A stretch of 64,000 bases of DNA from a virus. Its lineage: Duplodnaviria; Heunggongvirae; Uroviricota; Caudoviricetes. The position numbers and the translations under genes are program-made. Below are positions 19,663 to 28,434 of this stretch, in pieces (position 1 is the first letter of the stretch; each line of letters begins with the position of its first letter). Location of the stretch: IMG/VR virus record IMGVR_UViG_3300042554_002914. One strand, given 5' to 3'. The notes below the pieces were generated by a model. That model was not told the DNA's origin and did no database searches. It saw only the letters and a list, made by a program, of their open reading frames with translations.

Positions 19663-19866
19663 TCATTCATGGACCCTTTCGACGAATAAGTCGAATCCAT
19701 TAGCGCCACCACACCATCGGGAGTAGGAGTCTTTCGGGATTGTGTATTGAGGTCTTTTTTTCGCTTGGCTGAGGTATCGGTCAGAAGCAGGGTCGGTAAT
19801 CAGGCAGCGGGTGCCGTGTAGCTCCTGCATGATAGCGGGGTTTTTATCGGTTGGTGAAATAGCCAT
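19663..19866 (-). CDS. Hypothetical protein, 67 aa
   Basis: Co-oriented ORF followed by a terminator. Confidence 0.55.
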   Translation of the reverse strand: MAISPTDKNPAIMQELHGTRCLITDPASDRYLSQAKKRPQYTIPKDSYSRWCGGANGFDLFVERVHE

Positions 19867-19923
19867 GAGAAACTGTTGGTAACAACAGCAACTTTTTATG
19901 CGGTTGCGAATCGCAATTTGCCG

Positions 19924-21336
19924 TCAGGTAACGATGGGTAGTAGTTGACTGTAGCTAACTAAGATTGCACACATGGTATCGGACGGGGGCCCCAATGGAA
20001 TCTGGGGGTCATCACATCTATTCAAAGTGCTTTGGATATTAGGATTGGAAGATTTCACTCTCCCTGAGTCTAGCATATGGGAGATAACGTTTAATGTGGG
20101 TTGTCTCGGCTTGCTACCTACGCAAACGTTTAACCCTAAGCCCTGTAGGTACACAGTCCAAGCTGCACTTACCATGGCGGATTCAAGTACAATTTCTTCC
20201 GCTTCGTATGCCTTAACTGCTAGGCTTAGGATTACTCCGACAGTTTTCAAGTCCCAATTGCCTTCGTAAGTGTCAAGGACATACATGTAGTCCCTTTTCT
20301 TTGTAACCCCTGCGATGCAAATACCTGTTTTATCAATGCTGCCGGCACTGAAAGCAGGATCAACAGAAATAATTACTTTATCTAATGGGGGGATTTTCGG
20401 TGTCGGTGAGCATCCCTTATAGAGCCAGGAGAACTTTTCATCGCCGATATTCCTTCTAATATGGTTCAGATTTTCGGGGGACCAGTAGGAATTGATTCTA
20501 CTCAAGGTTTCCCCTACATTCCTACCAAGAATGTCAGCCTCTGCCTCTTCTTTACTTTCGATAATTGCTGACAAATTAATGTGGACGGCTCCTTTCGGGT
20601 TTGATACGGGGTCGAAAACACCGAATTTATCTAAGAAGTAGCCGAAAATGTCTTCATCGCCCCATCTTGACCCAAAAACAACTATGGCACTGTTTTGGTG
20701 GCGCCGGGTCATAATTTCCTTTTCTATCCAGTCTTTATTTACTGTCATATTTGAGGACTTGTGATAGTCATCGATTAACCAAACCCCTGGTACCCCGTTG
20801 GGTCCACCCCAAGGTGAACGATACCCGTGCGTACGCCAGGGGATGTTAGCCGATGTTACGCTATCAGCCCGCAAATCAAGTTTTGAAAACAATTCCTCAA
20901 AAGGAAAGGCACTAACCAACTGCTTAACTCTACTTACTGCTAAGTCGGTGATACCCCCATTGTAAGAAGTTACGAAATGGTTAGTATCAGGATCTTTCCC
21001 CAGGAGCCAAGACAGAAATAGGGAGCCCAATGTAGACTTCCCAGTACGAGGAGGCATCGATACTAAGAGGATTGGGTACCTGCCTTCGGCAATGTCTTCA
21101 AAGGCGGACCCCAAGACTTCATAAGTTTCCCAATTTAGCAAGGAGTCTGTGCCTTCCGTGGCGCGAGACAAATAGCAAGGGAAACTATATTGGGCGCACT
21201 CTTTAATGTAGTCATTAATTATTTCCTTAGTCGCGCCTCTCATTTCAAGTTCAAGAAGTCCCCTCCTATACTTTCTCCAGCTTGAATGTTCCGATAGCTG
21301 GGAAGCGTGTGTTATTTTCGGGTGTTTTGGTGTCAT
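19924..21336 (-). CDS. Large terminase subunit paralogue 2 (diverged)
   Basis: Walker A MPPRTGKS, Walker B WLIDD, GSRW motif, SVDPAFS nuclease start; N-terminus homologous to 21422..23152. Confidence 0.8.
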   Translation of the reverse strand: MTPKHPKITHASQLSEHSSWRKYRRGLLELEMRGATKEIINDYIKECAQYSFPCYLSRATEGTDSLLNWETYEVLGSAFEDIAEGRYPILLVSMPPRTGKSTLGSLFLSWLLGKDPDTNHFVTSYNGGITDLAVSRVKQLVSAFPFEELFSKLDLRADSVTSANIPWRTHGYRSPWGGPNGVPGVWLIDDYHKSSNMTVNKDWIEKEIMTRRHQNSAIVVFGSRWGDEDIFGYFLDKFGVFDPVSNPKGAVHINLSAIIESKEEAEADILGRNVGETLSRINSYWSPENLNHIRRNIGDEKFSWLYKGCSPTPKIPPLDKVIISVDPAFSAGSIDKTGICIAGVTKKRDYMYVLDTYEGNWDLKTVGVILSLAVKAYEAEEIVLESAMVSAAWTVYLQGLGLNVCVGSKPRQPTLNVISHMLDSGRVKSSNPNIQSTLNRCDDPQIPLGPPSDTMCAILVSYSQLLPIVT

Positions 21337-21350
21337 TTTAGTTAAGATTT

Positions 21351-21385
21351 TGTTGGCTTGTGTTGGCTTGTGTTGGCTTGTGTTG
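21351..21385. repeat. 10-nt tandem repeat TGTTGGCTTG x3.5
   Basis: Read directly in the spacer between the two terminase genes. Confidence 0.9.
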
Positions 21386-21421
21386 ATTTTTGGTTTGCTC
21401 TAGGACTTTTTTTACCTGGGG

Positions 21422-23152
21422 TCAGAGCGATAACCCATAACCAGTGTCATCCCTATTGAGGCGAGGTCTGGAAAAAGACTCTGGACCGATAAAACCAGAA
21501 CCAGAATCTAAATTATTGTAAAGTCCAGCCGAAGGTAAATTCCTCCCTACTCTACCAGTAGGTAAATTTGAATTACCCAAGAATGGCCTTCTGTTTCCTC
21601 CGCTCCACCTCCTCGCTTGTATTATAGCATCTTGTATCCCACGGTCAACGGTGTCTAGCTTCATCGCATAGTACGTCAGGGACCACACAAACGCATCCAC
21701 CGAGTCATCGTGCTTAACGAAGGGGAATCCTGTTAGCTCCTTAATAAAACTATCTACCCATAACCCCTCAACAAGTTTAACCCTGTCATTCTCTAAGAGT
21801 GGGCAAACAGCTTCGAGTCTAACCGTTTTTGACCTAAGGGGTCTCATTTCTTCTACAGGTATTTTTGTTTCCCGTCTCAACATTTGTATCAAAGATTGGC
21901 CGGATGCTGCCTTTTCGATACAGATTACTTTTGGTTTGTAGAAGGAATGTAGTTGCTTAATAGAGGCAATCAAGTCCGGGAAGCCCCATCTCCCTTTAAC
22001 GATTTCCCTAATGTAAACAGTTCTGGGATCTCTAGTCGAAATTCCAGCCACACAGACCGCAGTTTCGTCTGCACCTTCTTTTTCAGAAAACGCACAGTCT
22101 ACACCCAGCCATACTACATCTAGTGGTGGGCACTTTTTTTCTTCTACCATGGCGATCCATCCGGCCTTTACAATTTGACCTTCTGCTGCAGTTGGAGTTC
22201 CCTGATAAAGGGCCGCAAATTTGGAACTGCCCATAGTTTTCTTTTGGGCCTCCAGCATATCAATCGAGAATGCCGGGTTATCAGGCCAATGGGACTCACC
22301 GATTTGCCTGCCTAAGGGGTCATCGACGGGGTCTTCACACAGGCCCGCAATATTCACCCATCTCCAACCTTCCGGGTTTTCTTCCTCATCATAGCTGCCG
22401 TCCGATTCTAAAACCTGGCCATGCAAATCATTGGCATGAAACCTGGTCGCAATAATTAGACGGCAATAATTGTTAGTTTTACGTGTCGATGCCTCTTCTT
22501 GCCACCACGTTTGGAGACTCTCAAAAGCCCTGGCAGAAGCTGAGCTTTTCAGTGGGTCGTCGATTACCATGGCCCCCACACCTGGGCTAATAATGTTTAC
22601 AGACCCTGCCGTATGGCCAGTCAACACACCACCGACAGAAGTAGGCAGGATGTATCCGCCACTAAGCATCTCAAATTTAGAATCCTTGGCAAAACCTTTC
22701 CAATCGGGGAAGATTTTCTTAAAGACAGGTGTCTTCAACATGCCGATAACTTCCTTATGGAACTTATTGGACAGTGATAAACCATAAGAGGCAATAACGT
22801 GTTGAGTTTCTTGATCTCTCCCTAGTAACCAAGCCACAAACATTGATGCCAGCATTGATTTACCAGATCGAGGAGGACAGGATACGATCAAGTTATGGTA
22901 GCGTTTATTTGCTAGATCCTCAAAACCACTGGCAATAATTTCATGGAAATCCGCGACCTTTAACGCACCACCCTTCATTAAGTCTGCAAAAGCCAGGAAA
23001 CAATACCTAGAAGACTCAAACATGTAGTTCTGAATGACAGAGTTTGGTGCTTCTAAGACATTAAGATGATGTAAACCCCTAATGTAATGGCGCCATGAGC
23101 TGTGCTCATCTAGTTGACTAGCGTGGTTTATTATCGGCCGTGGGAGTGTCAT
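21422..23152 (-). CDS. terL: Large terminase subunit
   Basis: CPPRSGKS, VIDDPLK, ATRFH, LYQGTP, GVDCA, IEKAASG, FPFVKHDDSVDA. Confidence 0.93.
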   Translation of the reverse strand: MTLPRPIINHASQLDEHSSWRHYIRGLHHLNVLEAPNSVIQNYMFESSRYCFLAFADLMKGGALKVADFHEIIASGFEDLANKRYHNLIVSCPPRSGKSMLASMFVAWLLGRDQETQHVIASYGLSLSNKFHKEVIGMLKTPVFKKIFPDWKGFAKDSKFEMLSGGYILPTSVGGVLTGHTAGSVNIISPGVGAMVIDDPLKSSASARAFESLQTWWQEEASTRKTNNYCRLIIATRFHANDLHGQVLESDGSYDEEENPEGWRWVNIAGLCEDPVDDPLGRQIGESHWPDNPAFSIDMLEAQKKTMGSSKFAALYQGTPTAAEGQIVKAGWIAMVEEKKCPPLDVVWLGVDCAFSEKEGADETAVCVAGISTRDPRTVYIREIVKGRWGFPDLIASIKQLHSFYKPKVICIEKAASGQSLIQMLRRETKIPVEEMRPLRSKTVRLEAVCPLLENDRVKLVEGLWVDSFIKELTGFPFVKHDDSVDAFVWSLTYYAMKLDTVDRGIQDAIIQARRWSGGNRRPFLGNSNLPTGRVGRNLPSAGLYNNLDSGSGFIGPESFSRPRLNRDDTGYGLSL

Positions 23153-23430
23153 ACTTGGGGTTTAAACTTCTTAATGAGTTCAGCCGCAGTACCTATATAC
23201 TCCTTAGTGAGTTCCTTCTCAGACTTACTTTCACCTTCTGTCAAAGCAGCCGCATCGGAAATGAAATCTCTATGGGCTTTAACGGAGGAGTTAAAAATTT
23301 TCACTAAATCGTCAGTACTACACTCCTCCAAAGAAGCCTGGATAATAGTCAAGGAGTCCTCAGCTACTTGTAAAGTCCTGAGAGCTAGCTTTTCCTTTTG
23401 GCGTAGAATTTTTTCATTTTGATTCATCAT
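23149..23430 (-). CDS. Small helical protein, candidate small terminase subunit
   Basis: Overlaps the terL start by 4 nt; the assignment rests on position only. Confidence 0.4.
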   Translation of the reverse strand: MMNQNEKILRQKEKLALRTLQVAEDSLTIIQASLEECSTDDLVKIFNSSVKAHRDFISDAAALTEGESKSEKELTKEYIGTAAELIKKFKPQV

Positions 23431-23579
23431 CTGAATCTCCTATTACAACTTGAGCAACCCTGTGGTTTAGGGGTAGATTTGTAGGAGTGCAATCTTCTTA
23501 GTAGGGTTTCAGCTAGTTTGTTATCGCCGGATTTAACTGCCGTATGGTACTGAGCCCATAGGGATCTTGGAGTTTCCAT
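23427..23579 (-). CDS. Small protein, 50 aa (not in the ORF track)
   Basis: METPRSLWAQYHTAVKSGDNKLAETLLRRLHSYKSTPKPQGCSSCNRRFR; ATGA overlap with the next gene. Confidence 0.5.
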   Translation of the reverse strand: METPRSLWAQYHTAVKSGDNKLAETLLRRLHSYKSTPKPQGCSSCNRRFR

Positions 23580-23682
23580 TTAACAATTAGCAAAGTTGAC
23601 AAGGTGTAGAGTTTCCTGCCTGCACATCAGATTGGGAGTTGCCACTTGGATCCCATTTTTACGAGGGCAATCATGGCAATCT

Positions 23683-24915
23683 TCAACACAGGGCCGTAGG
23701 TTCTGGCCCACCCTGGCAAACCCCACACCCAAGTTTCCACAGGGAATTCATGGAAGCAAGTTCAAATGTACCTTCTAGTAACCAACCTTTCCCTTGAGGG
23801 GATTGACCCACGAAGTAAAATCTTCCCTTAGGCGCTTGAATGAATATATCTGGTTTTACCCCAATTAATGAACCTCCCGCCAGGGTTTGGGTTTTTGCCT
23901 CTGGGTTTAGGGGGTCTGAGTAGAAAATTTGAAAAGCCCCCTTAACAACTGCAAATTCACCGGTATTCATTCCCTGGAAGAAAATGGCTTCTTTGACAGA
24001 ATCGGATGCAATGCCGCTATTGCCATCGGTTGCCCCTTCCAGTGTATTCCTCCATAGTTCAACAGCATATCTAGCTAGCTTTTTCCCGGAATCTACATAG
24101 AAAACTTCCCTCAGTGGCTGCCTAGTTTGAGCGTCCCAAACGGTAACCACTAGGCGACCATCTTCGGTATAGCTATTGTTACTTAGCAAGTAAATAGGTT
24201 GCCCCAAGGGGTCTTCTATGTATACTTCGGAAGGATCGCAAATAAAGACCCAGTCTCCACTTTGAGTTACTTCATTACTCCATCTGATGCCAGACTGGTT
24301 GGAAAACTCGTATTCTGACGGATTAGCGCCAGGGTACCATGGGACATAAATACTACCGGAAGCCTCGTCTACTACTCCGCCTAGGGGCAATGTGGTAGCT
24401 ACATTAAGTCCTGGGAACAACTGCCTGCAATCTCCCCTTTGGACGCAAGGGTCTAATGCGACGTATGGGTAGACTTCCTGTACTGTTACTGTATATAGTT
24501 GGGTGTATGCGTATTGAGATTGCTCGGTTATCCCCCTAAATTGGGTCGATGCGCAGTGGAACGGCTCAATAACTTGCACGAAAGAACCCGACGGCACCCC
24601 ACCTGAAATTGTGATTTCTGAACCCATTAACAACTGAGTAGCAAAATCATGGCCAGAACTGGTTAGGTAATTTTGGCAAAGGAAATTCAATTCAAATTGC
24701 ATCCTCTTATCGTAAATAAGGGGAATTTTATTTGTCACATTAGACGATGCCCCTACAAATCTAACCACAATGTTGTTAGTCTGATTTACCACACCCTCGT
24801 TATCCATGGCATCTGCCAGCCGTAGGACATTGACATTAAGTGGAATTAAAGGAGATGCTATTAGGGAGTCGCATAAGTACTGCTCTATGCGGGTTATAGT
24901 AGAAAGTTCAGCCAT
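23683..24915 (-). CDS. Putative tail completion / neck protein
   Basis: Follows the gp36-like gene; N-terminal domain plausible as a Mu gp37-like tail terminator (inference). Confidence 0.45.
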   Translation of the reverse strand: MAELSTITRIEQYLCDSLIASPLIPLNVNVLRLADAMDNEGVVNQTNNIVVRFVGASSNVTNKIPLIYDKRMQFELNFLCQNYLTSSGHDFATQLLMGSEITISGGVPSGSFVQVIEPFHCASTQFRGITEQSQYAYTQLYTVTVQEVYPYVALDPCVQRGDCRQLFPGLNVATTLPLGGVVDEASGSIYVPWYPGANPSEYEFSNQSGIRWSNEVTQSGDWVFICDPSEVYIEDPLGQPIYLLSNNSYTEDGRLVVTVWDAQTRQPLREVFYVDSGKKLARYAVELWRNTLEGATDGNSGIASDSVKEAIFFQGMNTGEFAVVKGAFQIFYSDPLNPEAKTQTLAGGSLIGVKPDIFIQAPKGRFYFVGQSPQGKGWLLEGTFELASMNSLWKLGCGVCQGGPEPTALC

Positions 24916-24923
24916 TGTTTACC

Positions 24924-26003
24924 TCATGGGAATATTGTATTTGACCCGCCGATGTCGTAGCCACCCGCATCATTGGGTTGTATGACTTGTGGGGTGCCCC
25001 CCAGGTCTTCATAATTACTATCTGTTATCCAGTTGGAGTTGGTATTATTTTGTCCTGTGGCGCCATAACCCAATCGGTAATCTGGGGATTGATCCCCGGC
25101 TGGGTCTGTATTCCAACCGCCGAAACCCTTTCCGGATACACCATTATACCTTTGTGGAATACGCCATGTTCGCATTATACCGCGTTTAGTATCAATAGCA
25201 GAGTCCCCGTGTCCTGCCCGAATAGCAGTCATTTGCCGTTCGGCATCTAGTTGCTTAAGAGCCTCTACATAATCACTTTTGATATCATCTCTTTTACGGA
25301 CTGTATCAAGGTAGTATCTAGCAATAATTAATGCAGTCCTTCTGCGACTACTGGTAATTAGTACTTTGCCAGCCTTTCCAGACTGCTCAATATAAGAGTC
25401 AATTAGAGAATTAGCATCCTCAATGGCCATCCTGAGCTTAACTATGTTAACGCTAGTCGCAGAAGCATCATCGATATTTGTCAGTTGAACGGCTTCTTTA
25501 AGGCCGAAGGCTGTGATGAAATCATCCGGGGATGCGCTACGTGGGTCTGAACGGTTGGGCGTTAAAACTCCTGAGCGATCCTGATAGGGGAAGCCATAGC
25601 CGCCGATGGTTTGCCCTAGGTTAGACCCTTTTTGGGTGCCATCGGTCTTTTCGTCAGGGGCTAACGTATTTTTAACAGCAAACCTATAAAAGGCCCTGAC
25701 GGCATTCCTCTTTTTGATTACATCATTTGAACCCGGTGGTATGGGCCCCCTGAGGCATACATTTAGGTCTAGTGGTGGTTCATACGAAACAAAGACTTCA
25801 TCCCAAGGGGACAATGCAGAATCTAACCCCAGTGAGATCATCGTATCTGAGGAGTACACTATGGTGTTCACCCCATATTGACCGAAGCATACTGTGAAGC
25901 TGGAGACGGGGACAGGTATGGTAATGTCTAATGGCCCATCAAAGAATAGGACAACATTATTTGGGGTCGTTAAAGTGGATTCCTTTAATTTGGGTATTGC
26001 CAT
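24924..26003 (-). CDS. Head-tail adaptor (Mu gp36/DUF1320-like) with an extra N-terminal domain
   Basis: EAVQLTN...AIEDANSLIDSYI...IARYYLD...YVEALKQL. Confidence 0.7.
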   Translation of the reverse strand: MAIPKLKESTLTTPNNVVLFFDGPLDITIPVPVSSFTVCFGQYGVNTIVYSSDTMISLGLDSALSPWDEVFVSYEPPLDLNVCLRGPIPPGSNDVIKKRNAVRAFYRFAVKNTLAPDEKTDGTQKGSNLGQTIGGYGFPYQDRSGVLTPNRSDPRSASPDDFITAFGLKEAVQLTNIDDASATSVNIVKLRMAIEDANSLIDSYIEQSGKAGKVLITSSRRRTALIIARYYLDTVRKRDDIKSDYVEALKQLDAERQMTAIRAGHGDSAIDTKRGIMRTWRIPQRYNGVSGKGFGGWNTDPAGDQSPDYRLGYGATGQNNTNSNWITDSNYEDLGGTPQVIQPNDAGGYDIGGSNTIFP

Positions 26004-26005
26004 GA

Positions 26006-26419
26006 TTATCTCAGAATTAAGTAATCGTCAGGTTCATTGGTTACGGGGAAGAAATTCTCTGATACCCAAAATGGATAGGCATCTCTATTGACTCTGACTA
26101 GGAAGCCTTTCCCCTCCGGGTACAAGCAATTGACCAATACCTGGGCAGCAAGTCTCAGGGGCCATTCGTCTCTCCAGTTAATCTCCCAATGCTCTACTGT
26201 AATAAGATTACCCACAAGAGTGTAATCGATTCTGGACACAATATAGCCGCCCCCGAAATCAGGTGCAGGATAGTCAAAAGTTTGCTGCAATGATTCATAG
26301 GGTTCTCCGTCGTATTTACCGAGGATGTATCTTCCTTGTTCTGGGCCATTTTCATAGTATAGAAAATCTTGAAAGGCAAATAGGTCTTGGCGATAAATTG
26401 AAGGTCGGCGGATAGCCAT
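26006..26419 (-). CDS. Hypothetical protein
   Basis: Tightly packed co-oriented ORF. Confidence 0.55.
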   Translation of the reverse strand: MAIRRPSIYRQDLFAFQDFLYYENGPEQGRYILGKYDGEPYESLQQTFDYPAPDFGGGYIVSRIDYTLVGNLITVEHWEINWRDEWPLRLAAQVLVNCLYPEGKGFLVRVNRDAYPFWVSENFFPVTNEPDDYLILR

Positions 26420-26421
26420 TG

Positions 26422-26841
26422 TTAAATCGCAGCGAGTACTGTGAATGTGCCATTCTGGGTTACAATTCTAGTTGGTCTAAACTCTTTACCAGCGACAATC
26501 AGGCGGTCGGTATTTGTAATATCATTTACCCTGAGGGTTTGTTCGCAATTTACGGGTTGCTCGCAGTTTACGGGTTGTTCGCAATTTACTGCCTTAAGAA
26601 AGTTAGTTGGGACCCCGACGCTAAACAAGTCTTTACTAAGCAAGCTGTCACCTACAGAAAATGATACATCGGCAAATATGCTTCGAGACGCATAAATTGA
26701 ATCATAAACCGACAAATTATTAACTACACCAAGGGACTGATAAAAAACTGGAGCTAACGGGTTTGTGGCACTTTGACCGAACCCTTGATAGATTGGGAAC
26801 CCTGGGTCATAATCAGCGTTGTAGTTACTTTCGAATGCCAT
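26422..26841 (-). CDS. Putative baseplate spike-associated protein with VNCEQP repeats
   Basis: 18-nt repeat in about three copies at 26541-26589 encoding VNCEQP VNCEQP VNCEQ; directly downstream of the spike gene. Confidence 0.5.
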   Translation of the reverse strand: MAFESNYNADYDPGFPIYQGFGQSATNPLAPVFYQSLGVVNNLSVYDSIYASRSIFADVSFSVGDSLLSKDLFSVGVPTNFLKAVNCEQPVNCEQPVNCEQTLRVNDITNTDRLIVAGKEFRPTRIVTQNGTFTVLAAI

Positions 26842-28034
26842 TATTTGAAGGGGTTTAGTGCGGAAGTCAAAGATGAGTAAACAGTGTTTATAGTGCCTTG
26901 GGGATTTTGTAACGTTTTTAGTATGAAATTAGTTTGAGGGGAATACGATTGTAGGGCCGCCAATGCAGTTGACTGAATAAATGTTGTGGGATCTGATATG
27001 ATGTTCCTTGCAGCCTCAGCGATAGAGAGGGCTTTTTGTGCTGTTTTTAAAGCGGTCTCCGCAAAGTTTATGCCAGGTATTGCTGGTAGAGTCGCTGGAA
27101 TTTGTGGAGTCCATGCGGTAGTAAAAGAGCCTTTAATTTGGCCTTCTATGTACCCGGCATCCTTCCTCACAAAATCCATCGCAGCACCCATGTCTAGGAG
27201 CTTAGGGTCTTCGAAAGGGAATGGTTGTTTATCGCTCATCGGTGGAGGATTCCAATTAGCATCGACCCCAAATGGGTTACCAGTGGGCGCAGTCCCGAAA
27301 GCTGAGTATCTTTTGCACTGGCCATTGGATGTTGGAAAAGTACAGTCGCCTACCGTCCCGGCTTGAATGGGGTTTTGCCTATTTCCAGAAGAGTCTGGTG
27401 GTTGAATGGAATCATTAGCCCCTGCGTGTCCATGTTGCAAGTCACAATGCCTTACCCAGATATACTCACCGTTTCTTTTCAGACAGACGCATACCCAGTC
27501 AGAACTCATGGGGCCATCCTCTTCTATGACAGAGCAACCACGGTTCTCCTTGCAAGGTGGTGGCAGGCTCCCTGAGGGGTAAGCCGGGAGGCGGGTCATG
27601 GAAGAGTTATTAGGAATTGTCAACCCCCCTGCCGCTTGTTCTGTTAGGTTTTGTGGGTCGTAAAGGGTATCACTCAAGATGGCATAGTGATATTGGCCAT
27701 TACTTAGTATGACATTTACTCTGGACCCTACCAAGTCAGGGGGCTGCTTACCGACAAATGCAGGAGAAGCGTCAATCCAATGGGAATATGAATTTCCTTT
27801 ACCGTCCCTTGGACCCGAAAATAAACCGGCCCCTTCAATTTCAGGGATATCCTCCGGGTTCATAGCATCAAATAGTACCCTCACCCTACCGAGATTCTCA
27901 GGGTCATCGACATCGACTATTTTTCCCCTAACCATCCCCCTAGGTAAACCAGCATACTTAGCATTGGATTCTGCAAATAGCATCAACCTGGCTAAATTGT
28001 GAGTTAGCGGTATGCAACTGAGACTTTGTGCCAT
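26841..28034 (-). CDS. Baseplate central spike (gp5/gpV OB-fold)
   Basis: RGKIVDVDDPENLGRVRV...P..GSRVNV is typical of the gp5/VgrG/gpV OB domain. Confidence 0.75.
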   Translation of the reverse strand: MAQSLSCIPLTHNLARLMLFAESNAKYAGLPRGMVRGKIVDVDDPENLGRVRVLFDAMNPEDIPEIEGAGLFSGPRDGKGNSYSHWIDASPAFVGKQPPDLVGSRVNVILSNGQYHYAILSDTLYDPQNLTEQAAGGLTIPNNSSMTRLPAYPSGSLPPPCKENRGCSVIEEDGPMSSDWVCVCLKRNGEYIWVRHCDLQHGHAGANDSIQPPDSSGNRQNPIQAGTVGDCTFPTSNGQCKRYSAFGTAPTGNPFGVDANWNPPPMSDKQPFPFEDPKLLDMGAAMDFVRKDAGYIEGQIKGSFTTAWTPQIPATLPAIPGINFAETALKTAQKALSIAEAARNIISDPTTFIQSTALAALQSYSPQTNFILKTLQNPQGTINTVYSSLTSALNPFK

Positions 28035-28381
28035 TACTTATGCGCTGAGAATCTAGGGGTATTTCTAAGTTGGGTGCGCTTTGGTTGGGGTTTGACTATC
28101 TTTTGTTCCCCTTGAGCTACTTGTGCCACTTGTGTGTCATCAACCGTAAATTGAATTAATTCATTTTTGTCTAACTCTGCAGTTTCCTCAGGCACTTTTG
28201 GTTTAGAGAGGGCTTTAAGAACTGGGCTTAGTTGCTTGGGGGTTATTTCCAAAATTGGTTCAGGGCTTTCGGGGGTCTCGGGGTTCCCAAGGGTCCCAAG
28301 GCTCCCAAGGCTCTCAGCGCCCTCGGCGCTATCAGGAGTCAAATCCTGAGTCTCATCCAAGTTTTTTCTTTTGGTGGTCAT
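28034..28381 (-). CDS. Low-complexity hypothetical protein
   Basis: SLG and PE repeats; GGGTAAAA motif 24 nt upstream. Confidence 0.55.
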   Translation of the reverse strand: MTTKRKNLDETQDLTPDSAEGAESLGSLGTLGNPETPESPEPILEITPKQLSPVLKALSKPKVPEETAELDKNELIQFTVDDTQVAQVAQGEQKIVKPQPKRTQLRNTPRFSAHK

Positions 28382-28434
28382 AATAATTTGTTTGTATGGT
28401 GGATTTTTACCCTGACTTTATTGTTACAGATCAA

